A stretch of DNA of 64,000 nucleotides from an uncultured Thiotrichales bacterium. GTDB lineage: Bacteria; Pseudomonadota; Gammaproteobacteria; UBA4575. Positions 17,931 to 27,991 of this stretch are shown one piece after another. Both the position numbers and the translations under genes were made by a program. Under the pieces are notes generated by a model. The model was given only the letters and a program-made list of their open reading frames with translations, had not been told where the DNA came from and searched no databases. The stretch covers positions 19,096 through 83,095 of the forward strand of contig CAZTNC010000015.1 in assembly GCA_964614915.1 (NCBI GenBank). Direction: 5' to 3'. How positions within the stretch are numbered: the first letter of the stretch is position 1; every line of letters begins with the position of its first letter.

Positions 17931-18728
17931 ATGAACACCCCTCCCCCTGTTGCAGGACTTTCTCCACGAGACAAAAAGATCGTCATCTCAGGACTGATCC
18001 TGGTGGCGGGTGTGAGCTGGCTGTACATAATTTACATGGCTTGGGCGATGGAGAACATGCACCTGGTCGATATGTGGATGCCTCCGATGGGTGGCATGCG
18101 TGCATGGACGGCATGGGACTTCCTCATGCTCTTTCTCATGTGGTACATCATGATGATTGCCATGATGACCCCGAGCGTTTCGCCGATGGTCATGATGTTC
18201 ACCACCGTGAGCCGGCAAAAGAAGCTCAGACAACAGCCCTATGCACCTACCTTCATTTTCCTGGCGGGATACCTGGTCGCCTGGGCTCTGTTCAGTTTTT
18301 TTGCAAGTGCCGTCCAGTGGCCCCTGCATGGAAGCAAACTGCTCGATCCCATGATGTACACCGACAGCTACCTGCTGAGCGGCTCGATCCTGGTGCTGGC
18401 AGGGGTCTACCAAATGACGCCGATGAAAGACGCATGTCTGAACCAGTGCAGAACCCCGCTCGGCTTTTTGATGGCTGCCTGGAAGGATGGCAAGAGCGGA
18501 GCCTTCCAGATGGGCCTGTACCACGGGATGTTCTGTGTGGGTTGCTGTTGGGCACTGATGGCAGTGCTGCTGGCTGTAGGCGTGATGAACATGCTCTGGG
18601 TTTTGCTGATTGCAGTCTTTGTTCTTCTTGAAAAAATTCTTCCATTCTCTGCGACCACGACTCGCATGATCACGGGCGCAGGGCTGATTATCTGGGGCGG
18701 TTACTGGCTGAGCCTTCACCCCTGGTAA
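17931..18728 (+). CDS. DUF2182-like predicted metal-binding integral membrane protein
   Basis: 265 aa, Met/His-rich with multiple TM helices and a CVGCC motif; divergent from the DUF1326-like genes, a pairing I recall as recurrent. Confidence 0.6.
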   Translation: MNTPPPVAGLSPRDKKIVISGLILVAGVSWLYIIYMAWAMENMHLVDMWMPPMGGMRAWTAWDFLMLFLMWYIMMIAMMTPSVSPMVMMFTTVSRQKKLRQQPYAPTFIFLAGYLVAWALFSFFASAVQWPLHGSKLLDPMMYTDSYLLSGSILVLAGVYQMTPMKDACLNQCRTPLGFLMAAWKDGKSGAFQMGLYHGMFCVGCCWALMAVLLAVGVMNMLWVLLIAVFVLLEKILPFSATTTRMITGAGLIIWGGYWLSLHPW

Positions 18729-19009
18729 GAGATCTCTGCTGAAAGTTTTCTGGCATTTCAGTATCCAGTGAAATTCGTATAGCGCACGATCCAGTTCTGG
18801 GCTTTTGCTTCACTCCCAGGGTCCCAGTTCCCCGGTGCATTTTCTAGTACATCAAGTCTGGAATACACACCGTGGCATCAACATCCCTGACAAAACGTTG
18901 ATGGATAAAATCGATGGCAGCCATCATTATTTTCCGATGTTCCGAATCGGCTCTTTACCTAAAATAGGATCATCGTATTTATAAAGGGAATCGACCATAG
19001 GAGCGAATC

Positions 19010-19501
19010 ATGGAACAGGCAACACCATTGCCGATTGACATTGACATCGGCATCCCCGAACTCCAGCGCAAGGAAATTGCAACCGGCCTGAGCCGGCTGC
19101 TTGCGGATACCTATACGCTGTACCTGAAAACCCACAACTACCACTGGAATGTAACCGGGCCCATGTTCACTACCCTGCATACCATGTTTGAGCAACAATA
19201 CCAGGAGCTCGCTCTGGCCGTGGACGAAATCGCTGAGCGAATCCGGGCGCTGGGTATTTTTGCACCCGGTTCCTACAGCAGGTTCAAGGAACTCACCCAG
19301 ATCGATGAGGAAACACGTGTGCCGAGTGCCAAGGAGATGATCCACCAGCTGGTCCTGGGGCAGGAAGCCGTGGTGCGCACCGCTCGGGAGATCTTTCCGG
19401 TCATTGATGCGGCAAACGACGAACCCACTGCCGATTTGGTTACAAATCGCATGCAGACACACGAGAAAACCGCCTGGATGCTGAGAAGTTTGCTGCAATA
19501 A
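19010..19501 (+). CDS. dps: DNA starvation/stationary-phase protection protein Dps
   Basis: ferritin-like HNYHWNVTG...LHTMFEQ ferroxidase-site motifs. Confidence 0.9.
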   Translation: MEQATPLPIDIDIGIPELQRKEIATGLSRLLADTYTLYLKTHNYHWNVTGPMFTTLHTMFEQQYQELALAVDEIAERIRALGIFAPGSYSRFKELTQIDEETRVPSAKEMIHQLVLGQEAVVRTAREIFPVIDAANDEPTADLVTNRMQTHEKTAWMLRSLLQ

Positions 19502-19628
19502 GCAGGGCATCCGGTTGAAGATTTCATGCAGCCCATGCCGTGAAGCGCTATAGTGTGCACTGGTTCTAGATGGCAGGGAATGTCTATGCTTTCATAGCGA
19601 CCCCTACACGATACGAGGAGGTGGATAC

Positions 19629-19961
19629 ATGTTTGGGTTCGGTGGCAAAAAAAATAAGGACTTCAAGGCAACGATTTTGAACACGGGCCAGACCTTTGAT
19701 GTCAAAGGCGGCATAAACCTGCTGCAGGCTGCAAAAAATGCCGGCATTGACTGGCCATGCGACTGCAAGGTCGGTTCATGCGGGACCTGCCGCGCCAAGC
19801 TGGTCAGCGGTAAAGTCAAGGAACTGACGGACTTCACCTACACGCTCGATGGAGAGATGCTGAAAGCGAACTATATCCTGGCCTGCCAGGCCAGGCTGAA
19901 AACAGATGTTGAGGTGGAAGTAGATTTCGACCAGACGGCGGTCAATCCGGAATACATCTGA
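19629..19961 (+). CDS. 2Fe-2S ferredoxin
   Basis: 110 aa with C-x4-C-x2-C and a distal Cys (CDCKVGSCGTC...C). Confidence 0.75.
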   Translation: MFGFGGKKNKDFKATILNTGQTFDVKGGINLLQAAKNAGIDWPCDCKVGSCGTCRAKLVSGKVKELTDFTYTLDGEMLKANYILACQARLKTDVEVEVDFDQTAVNPEYI

Positions 19962-20075
19962 TCGTGGACACCTGCCGGGTAGACCCATACCGGTCATGTG
20001 GTGTGTAGGTCTGCAGACTCCCGGTCCTGTCACTCCTATTGCCAGGTCGCACCGGGCCAGTCCTGACGGCACTAA

Positions 20076-21926
20076 GTGAACTTGCCCGAGGCCAGCCAAC
20101 CGGGTTCAAGCAGCCAGCTCCAGCTGTTGAAGCAGAAACGTTTCTGCCCTTTTTTCCTGACCCAGTTCTTCGGTGCCTTCAACGACAACGTTTTCAAAAA
20201 TTCGCTGATTATCCTGATCGCCTTCCAGAGCAGCTTTTCAGGATCAGACATCTCGAACTACATCATCAATCTCGCCGCACTTCTTTTCATATTGCCGTTT
20301 TTTCTTTTCTCCGCAACTGCCGGACAGATTGCGGACCGTTTTGGCAAGGCCGGACTGATCCGCAAAATCAAGCTGGGTGAGATTGTCATCATGCTGCTGG
20401 CTGGGGCGGGATTCTATCTCGACAGCATTCCCCTATTGTTGCTGTGCCTGTTTCTCATGGGCACTCAGTCGTCCTTTTTTGGCCCGATCAAGTATTCCAT
20501 CATTCCCGAGCACCTCAAGCAAAAGGAGCTTATCGGCGGAAATGCACTGGTAGAATCCGGCACTTTCATGGCCATCCTGCTGGGCACGATGCTGGGCGGG
20601 TTTTTGGTCGGCGTGGCTACTGATGCCCGGGCACTGGTGTCTGTGACCGTGATTGCACTGGCCGGGCTGGGCTATCTGAGTTCCCTGCAGATCCCCCCTA
20701 CTCCGGCAGCGGTTCCCTCGCTCAAGGTACGTTGGAACCCTGCCGTCGAAACTGTCCGCAATGTGGTGGCCCTGAGAAAACATGGCGCGGTGTTCTTCTT
20801 TATCCTGGGTATTTCGTGGTTCTGGTTTCTGGGAGCCACCTATCTTACCCAGTTGCCGAACTTTACCCGGCTGGCACTTGGCGCCAATGCCCAGGTGGTC
20901 ACATTTTTCCTGGCCTTGCTTTGCGTAGGTATCGGCGTGGGCTCGCTATTGTGTGAGCGACTCTCCAACCGGTCGATCGAACTAGGACTGGTCCCGGTTG
21001 GCTCGATCGGGCTGACCGTTTTCGGCATTGATCTATTTTTTGCCACCACAGCACATGTATCAAGTGAGCTCATCGGCCTTCCGGAATTTATCCGCAACCC
21101 GTCCAACTGGAGGCTGTGCTCGGATATCTTCCTGATCGGATTGTTTGGCGGAATTTACATCGTGCCGCTATATGCCACGGTGCAGGCACGTACACGGGCA
21201 CAAGAGCGCGCGCGGGTTATCGCCGGGAACAATATCCTCAATGCCATTGCCATGATTGGATCCTCCCTGTTTGCCATCGCGCTCCTCGGAGCCGGCTTGA
21301 GCATCCCGGGGCTTTTCCTCACGGCCGCCTTGCTGAATGCCGCCGTCGCCCTGTTCATTTTCACACGCGTCCCCGAGTTTTTGGTTCGTCTGATCGTGTG
21401 GGTTTCAATGGCGGCCGTGTACCGAATCAAGAGCGTCGACCTGAAGAATCTGCCCACACAGGGACCCCTGATCCTGTCCGGCAGTCCCGCAGGTTTCCTC
21501 GACATCCTTATTCTGAACTCCTGTCTGGGGCGTCCGGCCCGTTTTTTCATATCCCCCGGGCATCTGGACTCTCCCTTTTCAGCCTTTCTGCTCAAGGCGG
21601 TCAACAATCTCGCCGGCTCCCCGAGCTCCCAGACGCCTGCCCGAGAGACTTCGGTGTACCAGCAAATCGTTTCGGACCTGAACGAGGGAAAGGCGGTGGG
21701 GATTTTTCCAGGTGAAGGTTTAAGGCTGGAAGATCTGGCCGAAGGCGTGCTGCAAGACGGCGGGCAAAAGCAAACTCAGGACCCGGTGACAGTCGTACAT
21801 GTCTCCTTGAGGAGAAGGTGGCCCATGATTGAGATTATCGTGGACAAGCCGACCAGCTTGGGGCCCTGCAATGCAGAATGGTTGCAAAGGGCAATTCCGG
21901 GCACGCTGGTTTCACCCGGCTGCTGA
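20076..21926 (+). CDS. MFS transporter (lysophospholipid transporter LplT-like) fused to a C-terminal PlsC-like acyltransferase domain
   Basis: N-terminal 12-TM MFS region with FGAFNDNVFKN, as in LplT; C-terminal about 200 aa resembles the PlsC/Aas acyltransferase fold but lacks a recognisable HX4D; GTG start at 20076 is uncertain. Confidence 0.65.
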   Translation: MNLPEASQPGSSSQLQLLKQKRFCPFFLTQFFGAFNDNVFKNSLIILIAFQSSFSGSDISNYIINLAALLFILPFFLFSATAGQIADRFGKAGLIRKIKLGEIVIMLLAGAGFYLDSIPLLLLCLFLMGTQSSFFGPIKYSIIPEHLKQKELIGGNALVESGTFMAILLGTMLGGFLVGVATDARALVSVTVIALAGLGYLSSLQIPPTPAAVPSLKVRWNPAVETVRNVVALRKHGAVFFFILGISWFWFLGATYLTQLPNFTRLALGANAQVVTFFLALLCVGIGVGSLLCERLSNRSIELGLVPVGSIGLTVFGIDLFFATTAHVSSELIGLPEFIRNPSNWRLCSDIFLIGLFGGIYIVPLYATVQARTRAQERARVIAGNNILNAIAMIGSSLFAIALLGAGLSIPGLFLTAALLNAAVALFIFTRVPEFLVRLIVWVSMAAVYRIKSVDLKNLPTQGPLILSGSPAGFLDILILNSCLGRPARFFISPGHLDSPFSAFLLKAVNNLAGSPSSQTPARETSVYQQIVSDLNEGKAVGIFPGEGLRLEDLAEGVLQDGGQKQTQDPVTVVHVSLRRRWPMIEIIVDKPTSLGPCNAEWLQRAIPGTLVSPGC

Positions 21927-21957
21927 ACCTTTCAAGAAGTTTTGTCCTGATGCGGGG

Positions 21958-22033
21958 TGGAGCGGGAAACGAGGCTCGAACTCGCGACCTCAACCTTGGC
22001 AAGGTTGCGCTCTACCAACTGAGCTATTCCCGC
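21958..22033 (-). tRNA. tRNA-Gly (anticodon GCC)
   Basis: reverse complement reads GCGGGAATAGCTCAGTTGGTAGAGCGCAACCTTGCCAAGGTTGAGGTCGCGAGTTCGAGCCTCGTTTCCCGCTCCA, almost identical to E. coli tRNA-Gly(GCC). Confidence 0.92.
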
Positions 22034-22084
22034 AGACGATGGATACCCGCCAGCCAGTCAGAAGATGGGGCATGATCGCTGCCC

Positions 22085-22642
22085 CTATCCCCGATACGAC
22101 CGAGCCGCACGGCTAATATAGATCATCATCGACCAAAGTGTAAGTACCACGGCTAGGTACAGCAACCACACCCCGATCTCGAATACGGGGATTCCGAGCA
22201 CGGGATAGTAATAGAGCAGGAAGAACAGTGCCATCATTTGCGCGCCCGTCTTGAGCTTGCCCAGCATCGACACTGCGACGGAATCCCGCTTGCCGAGCTC
22301 GGACATCCATTCACGCAAGCCCGAAACCACCAGTTCCCTGGCAATGATGATCAGCGCCGGAACCAGTATGGACAGCTGTCCATGCCGGTCGACGATGACC
22401 ACAAGGACCGTGACGATGATCAGCTTGTCGGCGATCGGGTCCAGAAAGGCCCCGAGTTTCGAGACCTGATTCAGTCTGCGCGCCAGATATCCGTCCAGCA
22501 AGTCCGTGACGGAGGCCACCCCGAACAGCGCTGCCGCCAGCGGCATGCCCCAGTGTTCGGGCAGGAAATAATACACACCGACCAGAAGTGGTGTAATCAG
22601 AATCCTGATAAATGTCAGTATGTTGGCGACACTATATATCAT
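22085..22642 (-). CDS. pgsA: CDP-diacylglycerol--glycerol-3-phosphate 3-phosphatidyltransferase
   Basis: CDP-alcohol phosphotransferase motif DG..AR....S..GA..D...D; conserved uvrC-pgsA-tRNA-Gly synteny. Confidence 0.9.
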   Translation of the reverse strand: MIYSVANILTFIRILITPLLVGVYYFLPEHWGMPLAAALFGVASVTDLLDGYLARRLNQVSKLGAFLDPIADKLIIVTVLVVIVDRHGQLSILVPALIIIARELVVSGLREWMSELGKRDSVAVSMLGKLKTGAQMMALFFLLYYYPVLGIPVFEIGVWLLYLAVVLTLWSMMIYISRAARSYRG

Positions 22643-22654
22643 ATCCGTTTACAT

Positions 22655-24469
22655 TCAGTGACTGTGGACTTCCTGGTAAATCACCTGGGCAAGATGACGG
22701 CTTACCCCCGGTACCTTCGCGATCTCCTCAACGCCGGCACGCGAGACCCCGCGCATTCCCCCGAAATGTTTCAGCAGGTTTTGCCTGCGTTTCGGGCCCA
22801 ACCCCGCAATGTTCTCCAGCGGCGATGATACCCGCGCACGCGCGCGCCGCTTGCGGTGACCGCCAATGGCAAACCGGTGTGCCTCATCCCGGATCTGCTG
22901 GATCAGCCGCAGGGCCAGCGAATGCGGCGCAAGCCGCACTGGACGCCCTGTATCTGCGATGATGAGTGTCTCCTGCCCGGCTTTCCTCTGCGGCCCTTTC
23001 GCAACCCCAACGATGCAGACCCCTTCGACCTGCAGTTCGGCCAGCGCGTCCCTGGCCTGGGTGACCTGTCCTTTGCCTCCGTCAATCAGCAGCATATCAG
23101 GCAACTTGCCCTCTCCCTTCTTGAGCCGCATGTAGCGGCGGGTCAGCGCCTGGTGCATGGCCGCATAGTCATCGCCGGCCTGAATCCCCTCGATATTGAA
23201 GTAGCGGTAATCCGTTTTGATCGGACCATCCTGCTCGAACACTACGCACGAGGCCACTGTCGCCTCGCCCCGGGTATGGCTGACATCGAAGCATTCGATG
23301 CGCTGGGGTACGAACTCAAGTCCGAGTTCGTCCTGAACGGCCTCGAAACGCTGCATGAGACCCGCTTTTGAGGCCAGTTTGCCCTGCAGGGCTCCGGTCG
23401 CGTTTTTTCTTGCAATGTCCAGCCACCGGGCGCGCCTGCTGCGCGGTGTGCAAACAATCGATACCTTCCTGCCCGCCTGGTTGCTCAGCATCTGCTGCAA
23501 GAGCCCGACTTCCTCCGGGCGGTGGCTGAGTATGATCTCCTCGGGAATCCCGTGAGTAAGGTAGTACTGCCCCAAAAATGCGGCGATGATCTTCTCTTTG
23601 CTTGCGACATCCGGAATTTTAGGGAAATAGCTCTTGTTGCCGAGGTTCACTCCTGCGCGGATATTGAATACCTGCACGCAGGCGACTTCCCCTTCCGATT
23701 CGATGGCGGCAATATCCACATCACCGCCCTCGGCACTGACGTACTGCTGCTCGGAAACCTTGCGCAGCATCTCGATCTTGTTGCGACAGCGCGCGGCCGT
23801 TTCATAATCCAGGTCCGCGGAAGCCTGGTCCATTTCGTTCACGTAGCGGGCAATGAGTGCCTGGCTGTTCCCTTCTAGGAACTCGATGGCCGCGTCGATT
23901 TCATTGCGATAGCTGTCCTCATCGACCAGGCCCACACAGGGCCCGCTGCAGCGGTTGATCTGGTATTGCAGGCAGGGCCGGCTGCGGTGGCTGAAAAAAT
24001 AATCGTCGCACTGGCGAACCTTGAACACCTTTTGCAGCAGGCTCAGGGCGCTGCGGGCCGCACCGGGGCTGGCATAGGGGCCGAAGTACCGTCCCTTCCG
24101 TTCTCGCCTGCCCCGGTAAAAGGTAATCTGCGGGAACTTGTGCTCGGAAGAGATGAAGATGTAGGGATAGCTCTTATCGTCCCGCAACAGTATGTTGTAG
24201 CGTGGGCGATGCCGCTTGATGAGATTGTTCTCGAGCAGCAGGGCTTCGGCCTCCGTATTGGTGACCGTGGTCTCGATGGCCGCTGTTTGTGCGATCATCT
24301 TGGTCAGCCGTGGACCTCGTTTGCCGCGGTTAAAATAGGCTGCGACCCTTTTCTTGAGGTTTTTGGCCTTGCCGACATACAGCAGCTTCCCCTGTGCATC
24401 GAGCATGCGGTACACGCCCGGGTCCAGGCTGAGGGTCTGGATGAACTGCTTGGGATCAAATTCGTTCAT
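22655..24469 (-). CDS. uvrC: excinuclease ABC subunit C
   Basis: 604 aa, GIY-YIG N-terminus (GVYRMLDAQGKLLYVGKAKNLKKR), UvrBC domain, C-terminal HhH. Confidence 0.95.
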   Translation of the reverse strand: MNEFDPKQFIQTLSLDPGVYRMLDAQGKLLYVGKAKNLKKRVAAYFNRGKRGPRLTKMIAQTAAIETTVTNTEAEALLLENNLIKRHRPRYNILLRDDKSYPYIFISSEHKFPQITFYRGRRERKGRYFGPYASPGAARSALSLLQKVFKVRQCDDYFFSHRSRPCLQYQINRCSGPCVGLVDEDSYRNEIDAAIEFLEGNSQALIARYVNEMDQASADLDYETAARCRNKIEMLRKVSEQQYVSAEGGDVDIAAIESEGEVACVQVFNIRAGVNLGNKSYFPKIPDVASKEKIIAAFLGQYYLTHGIPEEIILSHRPEEVGLLQQMLSNQAGRKVSIVCTPRSRRARWLDIARKNATGALQGKLASKAGLMQRFEAVQDELGLEFVPQRIECFDVSHTRGEATVASCVVFEQDGPIKTDYRYFNIEGIQAGDDYAAMHQALTRRYMRLKKGEGKLPDMLLIDGGKGQVTQARDALAELQVEGVCIVGVAKGPQRKAGQETLIIADTGRPVRLAPHSLALRLIQQIRDEAHRFAIGGHRKRRARARVSSPLENIAGLGPKRRQNLLKHFGGMRGVSRAGVEEIAKVPGVSRHLAQVIYQEVHSH

Positions 24470-24486
24470 GTCACCTCAAACCACCG

Positions 24487-25137
24487 TCAGCGGTTATTCA
24501 TCACGGCAACGGCTCTCGAGAAAACCGCCTCGAACTGTTTCCGGGTCAGCCGGCCGGTCTGCGTGTTGTAGCGACTGCAATGGTATGAGTCCAGCAGGCA
24601 CAGCCGGTTCTCGATGCGGTGCAGTTTGCCATGCGCGAATGAACAGTGGTTCAGCTTCATTCCCAGTGCGCGCAACACGGCATCGTGGGCGATTCTGCCC
24701 AGTGCAAGAATCACGCTTTCGGGTCGAAGCGCAAGCAGTTCGTTGCGCAAGTAGGCATTGCAGTTCCTGATTTCCCCGATCGTGGGCTTGTTTGCAGGCG
24801 GCAGGCATTTCACTGCGTTGGTGATCCGGCAATTTTTCAGCTGCAGGCGGTCACCTGTGTTTTCGGAGACAGGACGGGTAGAAAAGCCAAACTTGTGCAG
24901 CGTCCGGTACAGGAGGATGCCTGCATGATCCCCGGTGAAGGGGCGGCCGGTAGCGTTGGCGCCGTGCAGCCCCGGAGCCAGCCCGACGATCAGCAATTGA
25001 GCATCCGGATCACCGAAGGCTGCAACCGGCTTGCAGTGATATTCCGGGTGCAGGGTTTTTCTGAAAGCCAGATTTTTAGCAATGCGGGGGCATCGCCTGC
25101 AGTCTTCCCGGTACGTCAATGAGTGTACGGTAGGCAC
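24487..25137 (-). CDS. uracil-DNA glycosylase family protein (family 4/5 type)
   Basis: GLAPG...GANATGRPFTGD motif of the UDG superfamily; co-directional and 18 bp downstream of uvrC. Confidence 0.7.
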   Translation of the reverse strand: MPTVHSLTYREDCRRCPRIAKNLAFRKTLHPEYHCKPVAAFGDPDAQLLIVGLAPGLHGANATGRPFTGDHAGILLYRTLHKFGFSTRPVSENTGDRLQLKNCRITNAVKCLPPANKPTIGEIRNCNAYLRNELLALRPESVILALGRIAHDAVLRALGMKLNHCSFAHGKLHRIENRLCLLDSYHCSRYNTQTGRLTRKQFEAVFSRAVAVMNNR

Positions 25138-25155
25138 CTGACAGGCCGCACCGGG

Positions 25156-26130
25156 TCAAAATTGCAACAGTGCCGAACCCCATGTAAACCCGCTTCCAAA
25201 GGCTTCAAGCATCAGGGTCTCTCCCTTCTTGATCCGGCCATCCCGCACCGCCGTATCCAAGGCCAGCGGAACGGATGCCGCAGAAGTGTTGCCATGCTCG
25301 GACACCGTCAGGATAACCCGTTCCATGGACATCTTCAGCTTTCGTGCCGTGGCTTCAATGATCCTGCTGTTCGCCTGGTGCGGCACCAGCCAGTCCAGGT
25401 CGCCCTTGCTGACCTGGTTGGCCTCCAGCGCCTCATCCACGATCTCGCCCAGCTTGTTGACCGCCATCTTGAACACGGCATTGCCTTCCATATACACGTA
25501 GGCTTCCCCGGCCTTGAGTTGCTCGTAGCCACTGGAGATGCCGTGCGGTACGTGCAGCAAGTGCTCGTAGCTGCCATCGGCGTGCAGGTGCGTGGACAGG
25601 ATCCCGGGTTCGGTCGATGCCTCAAGCACGACCGCACCGGCTCCGTCACCAAACAGCACACAGGTGCTGCGGTCATTCCAGTCCAGGATGCGGGACAGGG
25701 TCTCCGAGCCCACCACCAGCGCACACTTGGCCTCACCCGCCCGGATGAACTTGTCTGCGATTCCCAGCGCATACACAAAGCCCGTACATACCGCCTGCAC
25801 ATCGAATGCCGGACACCCGTGCACGCCCAGCCTCTTTTGCAAGAGACAGGCCGTGCCCGGGAAGATCTTGTCTGCAGTCGTGGTCGCCAAGATGACCAGA
25901 TCGATATCGGAACTGGACTTGCCGGCCATCTCGATCGCCCGCAGCGCGGCATGGGCTGCAAGATCGCAGGTGGTCTCGTCCTCGGCCGCAATATGGCGCT
26001 GCCGGATGCCGGTCCTCTCCCGAATCCATTCATCTGTGGTGTCGACAAGTTTTTCCATGTCCTTGTTCGTCAGTATTTTCTCCGGCAAATAGCTTCCGGT
26101 ACCGGTGATTTTCGAGTACGTCATGGTCAA
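25156..26130 (-). CDS. fabH: 3-oxoacyl-ACP synthase III
   Basis: active-site Cys in [11 protein letters not shown]; His/Asn in HQANSRI and GNTSAAS. Confidence 0.92.
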   Translation of the reverse strand: MTMTYSKITGTGSYLPEKILTNKDMEKLVDTTDEWIRERTGIRQRHIAAEDETTCDLAAHAALRAIEMAGKSSSDIDLVILATTTADKIFPGTACLLQKRLGVHGCPAFDVQAVCTGFVYALGIADKFIRAGEAKCALVVGSETLSRILDWNDRSTCVLFGDGAGAVVLEASTEPGILSTHLHADGSYEHLLHVPHGISSGYEQLKAGEAYVYMEGNAVFKMAVNKLGEIVDEALEANQVSKGDLDWLVPHQANSRIIEATARKLKMSMERVILTVSEHGNTSAASVPLALDTAVRDGRIKKGETLMLEAFGSGFTWGSALLQF

Positions 26131-27146
26131 CGAGTGTGTTTCAGGTAGTCGGCGATGTGGGTGTCGATCATTTGAGGCACCTGCTTGACGGCTTCCAGGC
26201 GTGCTATATCGATTGCGTGCTGGAACGAATAGGCATCCGCCCCGCCGTGGCTTTTTACAACCACGCCCCGCAATCCCAGAAGGCTCGCGCCATTATAGCA
26301 CCGCGGATCGATCCGCCGCCTGAAAGATTTCAGCACCGGCAAAGCCAGCAGCCCGCAGAGTTTGGTGAACAGATTCTTTTTAAATTCCTGCTGGATATAG
26401 TGGGAAATCGTTTTAGCCACCCCCTCGCTGGACTTCAGCGAGACATTGCCGGCAAACCCGTCACACACCACCACGTTGACGTCTCCGCAATAGACATCAT
26501 CTCCCTCGACATAGCCGATGTAGTTCAGCCCGCTTTTCAACAAAATCTCGTGTGCGTGCTTCACCTGGTCATTCCCCTTGATCTCCTCTTCACCGATATT
26601 GAGCAGCCCAACCCTAGGGTTTTCGATCTCGTCGATGGCAGAGGCCAGAACCGTACCCATGACGGCAAACTGCAACAGATGCTCACTGCTGCAGCCTACA
26701 TTGGCACCCAGATCCAGCATGTAGGTCTGGCCCTGGATGGATGGGATCGCACTGGTGATGGCCGGACGGTCAATCCCCGACAGCATCTTGAGCACATACC
26801 GGGCAGTGGCCACGAGTGCACCCGTGTTGCCAGCACTGACACAGGCATGTGCAGTGCCTTCCTTGACCAGGTTCACAGCCACCCGCATCGACGAGTCTTT
26901 TTTACCGCGCAACGCCCGTGAGGGCGATTCGTCCATCTCGATTCGCTGGCTCGCATGATGCACACGCAACCGGTCAGAGGGCCCAGCATGAATGCGGGTG
27001 AGTTCACCCAGAATCTCCTGTTCATCGCCGACCAGAATCAGGGACGTGTCCGAGTGGTCCTTCAGGTAGGCAACGGCGGCTTCAGCCACCACGGTCACCC
27101 CGAAGTCACCGCCCATGGCATCCAGGGATACTGTGTAGCTGGTCAC
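26127..27146 (-). CDS. plsX: phosphate acyltransferase PlsX
   Basis: full-length PlsX similarity; 4-bp overlap with fabH; classic rpmF-plsX-fabH cluster. Confidence 0.9.
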   Translation of the reverse strand: MTSYTVSLDAMGGDFGVTVVAEAAVAYLKDHSDTSLILVGDEQEILGELTRIHAGPSDRLRVHHASQRIEMDESPSRALRGKKDSSMRVAVNLVKEGTAHACVSAGNTGALVATARYVLKMLSGIDRPAITSAIPSIQGQTYMLDLGANVGCSSEHLLQFAVMGTVLASAIDEIENPRVGLLNIGEEEIKGNDQVKHAHEILLKSGLNYIGYVEGDDVYCGDVNVVVCDGFAGNVSLKSSEGVAKTISHYIQQEFKKNLFTKLCGLLALPVLKSFRRRIDPRCYNGASLLGLRGVVVKSHGGADAYSFQHAIDIARLEAVKQVPQMIDTHIADYLKHTR

Positions 27147-27235
27147 GATACGTAAGACTGGGCCCCAAATGCCATATGCGGGTCAGGCAGACAGGCAATC
27201 AGGATTCGCAGATTTGGCTAGAAACCGGGCAGTGG

Positions 27236-27433
27236 CTATTCCTCGTCGTCCTCGTATTCTTCGGGTTTCACGATCACCTGGCGGCCCCGGTAGTAGCCGT
27301 CTTCAGTCACGTGATGGCGCCGATGCCGCTCGCCAGTCGTAGAGTCCACAGACAGGGTGGCAGCGGTGAGCCCGTCATGGGCGCGACGCATGTCTCTTTT
27401 TGAGCGTGTCTTCCTGTTCTTTTGTACCGCCAT
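27236..27433 (-). CDS. rpmF: 50S ribosomal protein L32
   Basis: [21 protein letters not shown]-terminus. Confidence 0.92.
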   Translation of the reverse strand: MAVQKNRKTRSKRDMRRAHDGLTAATLSVDSTTGERHRRHHVTEDGYYRGRQVIVKPEEYEDDEE

Positions 27434-27448
27434 GGGATTCTCCTATCT

Positions 27449-27958
27449 TCACGTGCGTTTCAAAACTGCGAACGGGTTGCGGGCAGGGCCGCACGCCCTG
27501 TCCTTTGAACCCAGCCACGCTATCATACCTTGGTTGCATAGTGAAATATCCTCATGTTTAGGGACCAGAGGCAGCGCGAGCAGCAGTTCGTCCTCCACCA
27601 AGTGCGAAAGCTCCAGGCTGTCACCCTCATATTCATGAAGGTCGTAGCCTTCGGGCATCCCGGTGAAGCCTTCCAGGCTGGAGCGTACTATGAGCCTGAC
27701 GTGCGGACTGACCCGGACATGGACCTCATCCAGGCAGCGCACACAGCGCAGACCCAGCGTGCACTCGATCTTTCCATCTACCCGGAATCCAGCCTGTTCA
27801 CGAACCAGCTCAAGGTCGACGATCACGGCCGAGGCGATCGAGATGACCGCATCCTTCAGGCGCGACATCGAGTCCGCCGACATCTGACCGGCAACGGCCA
27901 GATCACGATTTGCAATGGCCTGGAGATTGAGGCGTTCGGATAGCTGACTGTGCGCCAT
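27449..27958 (-). CDS. yceD: YceD family protein (DUF177)
   Basis: CxRC...C pattern; sits upstream of rpmF as in most bacteria. Confidence 0.8.
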   Translation of the reverse strand: MAHSQLSERLNLQAIANRDLAVAGQMSADSMSRLKDAVISIASAVIVDLELVREQAGFRVDGKIECTLGLRCVRCLDEVHVRVSPHVRLIVRSSLEGFTGMPEGYDLHEYEGDSLELSHLVEDELLLALPLVPKHEDISLCNQGMIAWLGSKDRACGPARNPFAVLKRT

Positions 27959-27991
27959 CTTGGGCGTGGTCTTGTAGACGGTCGCCTGGGC

